Positions 60,187 to 64,000 of a DNA stretch of 64,000 nucleotides are shown here, piece after piece (the stretch's first letter is position 1; every line of letters begins with the position of its first letter). A model generated the notes under the pieces. It was not told the origin of the DNA and did not search any database. It saw nothing but the letters and a program-made list of their open reading frames with translations. Source of the DNA: an uncultured Chloroflexia bacterium. GTDB lineage: Bacteria; Chloroflexota; Chloroflexia; QHBQ01; JADMIH01. The stretch is taken from contig CAWCNY010000002.1 of NCBI GenBank assembly GCA_963797095.1, forward strand, positions 1,024,001 to 1,088,000, given 5' to 3'. A program made the position numbers and the translations under genes.

Positions 60187-60621
60187 ATGCTGGAACAGAA
60201 AATCAAGGTATTCAGCGAGGCGCTGGCGCGCGTAGTAGACAGGCGAACATTCCTGCGACGAATGGGCGGCACTATGGTAGCCGGAGTATCGGCAATGGTG
60301 ATGGGTCCTGCTCTTGCTAGCGCCGGGGCAGGCGCCGCCAGTAAGGCGCTTGCATCCCCTACTATTAGCTGCTCTCCTCCGGGACCGTACTGCAACACGG
60401 GCGGGGGCGACACCAGCGGCTGCCGGGGAGGTCATTGCTATCAGCACCAGACCGCTCCCAATACAGTTACTTGCCAGGTGTATTACACGTACTATGCGAC
60501 AGGGTGTTGGACCAGTGCGGTAAGTGGCGGATACTGGACCTGCTGTGACTGCCGGTGTAGTAACAACGCTACCTGCGGCTGCGCTCAGTTCAACCCGGGC
60601 GGCAACCCAAGCCCGCACTAA
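60187..60621 (+). CDS. Tat-exported Cys-rich small protein, copy 1
   Basis: GGAGG RBS; DRRTFLRR twin-arginine signal; 12 Cys and 2 Trp in the mature part. Confidence 0.85.
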   Translation: MLEQKIKVFSEALARVVDRRTFLRRMGGTMVAGVSAMVMGPALASAGAGAASKALASPTISCSPPGPYCNTGGGDTSGCRGGHCYQHQTAPNTVTCQVYYTYYATGCWTSAVSGGYWTCCDCRCSNNATCGCAQFNPGGNPSPH

Positions 60622-60639
60622 TAAGGGGAGACAGAAATA

Positions 60640-62814
60640 ATGACTAAGCGATTATCTAAATTATTCATTCTGTTCCTGATCCCTATGGTGCTGGTGGCGT
60701 TGCTCACAGCTTATGCTGCCAACCAGGGTGCAGGGCAAGCAAAGATGGCTACGGCTGCCAACGGGCAGACTTTCCTGCCAGCAGGCACGTGGTCCGATCT
60801 TCCTGTATTTCCAGACGTAACACTGAACTTTGGAGGAAGCTCCTCAGGGTGTGTTGGCACAAGCGGCACCTCCCCTCTCCAACTCAAGAGGTCATTGGCT
60901 GTAGCCTACCCTCCCAACGGCAAAGTCTATATCCTCGGTGGGAGACATAGAGCCGATGGTGATGACATCAACTCCGAGTGGATCTATGAGTACACTCCTG
61001 GCGATAGCTCCTACGTCCTCAAGAACGCCAGGCTTGATAACTGCCGCTACAGCCTCCGCTTCACCTCCAACATGGCTGGTGGTGTCCTCAACGATGGTAC
61101 AGGCACCTACATCTATGCCGTTGGTGGCTCCAACGTAGATAGCGTCGCCACCAACATGGTGCGTGTGTACGACCCGGTTGCGGATACAGTCACTACCCTC
61201 ACCAGCGACCCGTGGCCGGCCAGTCCAACCAGGATACCAGGTGGGTATGCAGTGTACAACAACAAACTGTACATCTTCGGAGGGTACGTATCCCAACCCT
61301 CATCAGTGGTGTACTCAGACACATGGGTATTCGACCCGACAGCCTCAGCAGGCTCAAAGTGGTCCCAGATAGCAAGTGCCAACCTGAGTGTAGCCAGAGG
61401 GTTCATAGGAGGGGCATCACTCGATGGGTGGCTGTACGCAGTGGGAGGCAACGTCATAACAGGAGTAGTAACCACCACCGTGACCCCGCAGACAGTGGTG
61501 GAGAGGATGGACCCAGGAGCAGGCAGTCCCACATGGCAGGCGGTAGCGAGTTTACCGGTAGCGAGGGGAGATGTAGGAATATGGGCATACGACAGTACAA
61601 GCGGGTATGAGATAGGTGGGAGGCTAGTGATAGGGGGAGGGGGGTGGCCGGTACCGGACACGAGTGCCTACATCTACGACCCCACAACAGACAGTTGGAG
61701 CACCTTTGCATCACTGCTAAGGGCGAGGAGGGACGTAGGGCACACAGAGTTAGACGGGAAGCTGTACGCATTTGGAGGGTACAATGTAACAGACAGCTAC
61801 TATGGTGCCAACGACAGCATGGTCTATGACGCCACAGGCCCAGGCCCAACTCCTACCAATACCGTTCCACCTACCAGTACATCCACATCTACAGCGACTA
61901 ACACGCCTGTACCGCCGACGAACACCCCTACAAATACACCTGTACCTCCAACCGCCACATCTGTGCCTCCTACCGACACGCCGGTTCCGACAGATACAGA
62001 TACACCGGTACCTACCGACACGCCCGTTCCGACAGACACGGCTGTGCCACCTACAGATACACCTGTACCACCCACAGACACCCCTGTAATAGTGCCAACT
62101 GATACTGATACACCGGTGCCGCCTACGGATACGCCCGTAGTGGTGCCAACCGATACGCCGGTGCCTACGGAAGTGCTGCCAACTCCTACCACCTGCGCGA
62201 TCTCGTTCTCGGACGTAGATTCGAGCAACACCTTCTACAGCTACATTATGTGCCTGGCATGCGATGGCATCCTCAATGGTTATCCTGATGGTACGTTCCG
62301 GCCTGCTAATCTGGTAACCAGGGGCCAGCTTGCCAAGATCGTGTCCAACTCAGCGGGCTGGAATGAGCCTGTTTCGGGCCAGACCTTCCAGGATGTGCCG
62401 GAGGGGTCCACCTTCTACGAGTTCGCCGAGCGCATGGCTGCGCATGGCGTAATGTCGGGCTACGCGTGCGGTGGGCCAGGTGAGCCTTGCGGTGCTGGCA
62501 ATCTGCCCTACTTCAGGCCTGATGCGTCCGCTACTCGCGGCCAGATAGCCAAGATCGTATCCGAGTCCGCCGGCTTCGGCGGCGATCCGGGTGTCCGGAT
62601 CTTCGAGGACGTGGCGTTAGGCTCCACCTTCTACGAATACATCCAACGGCTTGCCATGCTTGGCATAGTAAACGGTTACGACTGCGGCGGGCCGGGAGAG
62701 CCGTGTGATGCGTATAACAGGCCGTACTTCAGGCCCAACAACAATGCCACACGCGGCCAGATAGCCAAGATCGTCTCTTTAGCTTTCTTCCCAAGCTGTG
62801 GCACGACGAAGTAA
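60640..62814 (+). CDS. Kelch-repeat beta-propeller protein with PT linker and SLH tail, copy 1
   Basis: Signal peptide; KVYILGG, IYAVGG, KLYIFGG, LYAVGG, LVIGGG, KLYAFGG blades; PTDTPV repeats; three SLH. Confidence 0.9.
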   Translation: MTKRLSKLFILFLIPMVLVALLTAYAANQGAGQAKMATAANGQTFLPAGTWSDLPVFPDVTLNFGGSSSGCVGTSGTSPLQLKRSLAVAYPPNGKVYILGGRHRADGDDINSEWIYEYTPGDSSYVLKNARLDNCRYSLRFTSNMAGGVLNDGTGTYIYAVGGSNVDSVATNMVRVYDPVADTVTTLTSDPWPASPTRIPGGYAVYNNKLYIFGGYVSQPSSVVYSDTWVFDPTASAGSKWSQIASANLSVARGFIGGASLDGWLYAVGGNVITGVVTTTVTPQTVVERMDPGAGSPTWQAVASLPVARGDVGIWAYDSTSGYEIGGRLVIGGGGWPVPDTSAYIYDPTTDSWSTFASLLRARRDVGHTELDGKLYAFGGYNVTDSYYGANDSMVYDATGPGPTPTNTVPPTSTSTSTATNTPVPPTNTPTNTPVPPTATSVPPTDTPVPTDTDTPVPTDTPVPTDTAVPPTDTPVPPTDTPVIVPTDTDTPVPPTDTPVVVPTDTPVPTEVLPTPTTCAISFSDVDSSNTFYSYIMCLACDGILNGYPDGTFRPANLVTRGQLAKIVSNSAGWNEPVSGQTFQDVPEGSTFYEFAERMAAHGVMSGYACGGPGEPCGAGNLPYFRPDASATRGQIAKIVSESAGFGGDPGVRIFEDVALGSTFYEYIQRLAMLGIVNGYDCGGPGEPCDAYNRPYFRPNNNATRGQIAKIVSLAFFPSCGTTK

Positions 62815-62829
62815 GATCGCTTCAACCTG

Positions 62830-62863
62830 CAAGAAACCCGCGCTCAGCGCGGGTTTCTTGTTG
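62830..62863 (+). terminator. Intrinsic terminator
   Basis: CAAGAAACCCGCGC-loop-GCGCGGGTTTCTTG followed by TTGT. Confidence 0.85.
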
Positions 62864-62888
62864 TATGAAAAGATAACTCTCCTGACTA

Positions 62889-62917
62889 TTGACTCCAAAG
62901 TGCGCCGATGCTATAGT
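62889..62917 (+). promoter_or_regulatory. sigma70 promoter of module copy 2
   Basis: TTGACT-17 nt-TATAGT with extended TG. Confidence 0.65.
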
Positions 62918-63164
62918 AACCCCATATTTCTCGCTTGCGGCTTCATAACTTTCTTTCATAACTGATCAGGGCCGCGTAGCTTGATAAGCCTTTCAAAACC
63001 ATTGCTGACTGATAAGTTGGTGTCCGATTATCGTATCCAATTTAGGAGCGGATTTGAGACCGGCCCTTACCGCCTGGATTTGAAGGGTGCTTTCAACATA
63101 GTAGAGACGCTCGAGCACTTTACCGGCGTCCATGTGAGTCTGTGTTTCCAGAGGGAGCGAGAAA

Positions 63165-63599
63165 ATGTTTGAACAAACCATACGGGTATTCAGCGAGGCG
63201 CTGGCGCGCGTAGTAGACAGGCGAACATTCCTGCGACGAATGGGCGGCACTATGGTAGCCGGAGTATCGGCGCTGGTGATGGGTCCTGCTCTCGCCAACG
63301 CGGGAGCAAGTGCTGCTTCTCAGGCCCTTGCATCGCCCACCATCAGTTGTGCCCCTCCGGGACCGTACTGCAACACGGGCGGGGGCGACACCAGCGGCTG
63401 CCGGGGAGGTCATTGCTATCAGCACCAGACCGCTCCCAATACAGTTACTTGCCAGGTGTATTACACATTCTACGCGACAGGGTGTTGGACCAGTGCGGTA
63501 AGTGGCGGATACTGGACCTGCTGTGACTGCCGGTGTAGTAACAACGCTACCTGCGGCTGCGCTCAGTTCAACCCGGGCGGCAACCCAAGCCCACATTGA
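63165..63599 (+). CDS. Tat-exported Cys-rich small protein, copy 2
   Basis: 144 aa, same length as copy 1; the Cys-rich domain differs at only two residues. Confidence 0.87.
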   Translation: MFEQTIRVFSEALARVVDRRTFLRRMGGTMVAGVSALVMGPALANAGASAASQALASPTISCAPPGPYCNTGGGDTSGCRGGHCYQHQTAPNTVTCQVYYTFYATGCWTSAVSGGYWTCCDCRCSNNATCGCAQFNPGGNPSPH

Positions 63600-63659
63600 T
63601 CCGGTTTCGCGTATGTTAGTTCTTCGCGGAATCTCATAACCCATTACCCAAAGGGGAAG

Positions 63660-64000
63660 ATGATGTCTAAACGGCTTACTAGCCTGGTTATCGTGTTCCT
63701 GATTCCTGTCGTGCTGGTAGCTCTGCTGTCGGCCTACTTAGTCTCTCAGAATGCTGGTGGGGTACGGCTTGCCACCGTAGCGAGCGGGCAGGGGCTATTG
63801 CCCTCCGGAACCTGGAGCAACCTTCCTGTATTCCCGACAGTAACACTGAACTTTGGAGGAAGCTCCTCAGGGTGTGTTGGCACAAGCGGCACCTCCCCTC
63901 TCCAACTCAAGAGGTCATTGGCTGTAGCCTACCCTCCCAACGGCAAAGTCTATATCCTCGGTGGGAGACATAGAGCCGATGGTGATGACATCGACTCCGA
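63660..64000 (+). CDS. Kelch-repeat protein, copy 2 (3' truncated by window edge)
   Basis: Open frame MMSKRLTSLV...LNFGGSSSGCVGTSG...KVYILGGRHRADGDD matching 60640.. Confidence 0.85.
   Translation, partial: MMSKRLTSLVIVFLIPVVLVALLSAYLVSQNAGGVRLATVASGQGLLPSGTWSNLPVFPTVTLNFGGSSSGCVGTSGTSPLQLKRSLAVAYPPNGKVYILGGRHRADGDDIDS

Noticed and set aside
60187-60621. Calling the Cys-rich protein mauA
   Set aside because: Only the leader style and Cys/Trp counts resemble MauA; core motifs do not align and no mau accessory genes are visible

Overview
A GC-rich bacterial chromosomal window, most likely from a Chloroflexota (inferred from the SLH-anchored Thr/Pro-linker surface proteins, FxxTGH-type repeats and pan-type RNA leader). 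It holds a pantothenate/CoA cluster (pan RNA leader, panG-like, panB, citrate synthase, tnpB insertion, panC, coaX, coaBC; no panD), many membrane proteins, ilvE, an array of secreted beta-propeller proteins with Cys-looped SLH tails, rpsP-khpA-rimM, an IS982, an ISAs1-like MITE and many heptamer and palindromic intergenic repeats. The three most unusual items are: (1) a tandemly duplicated two-gene module of a Tat-exported 12-Cys/2-Trp small protein plus a Kelch-propeller/SLH protein, resembling an amine-dehydrogenase light/heavy pair; (2) an amidohydrolase with a sigma-70 region-4-like domain inserted in its N-terminal beta-sandwich; (3) a stand-alone ~180-nt transcription unit encoding a 15-aa peptide whose stop codon sits at a hairpin apex. 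All family calls come from motif recognition by eye; no searches were run.
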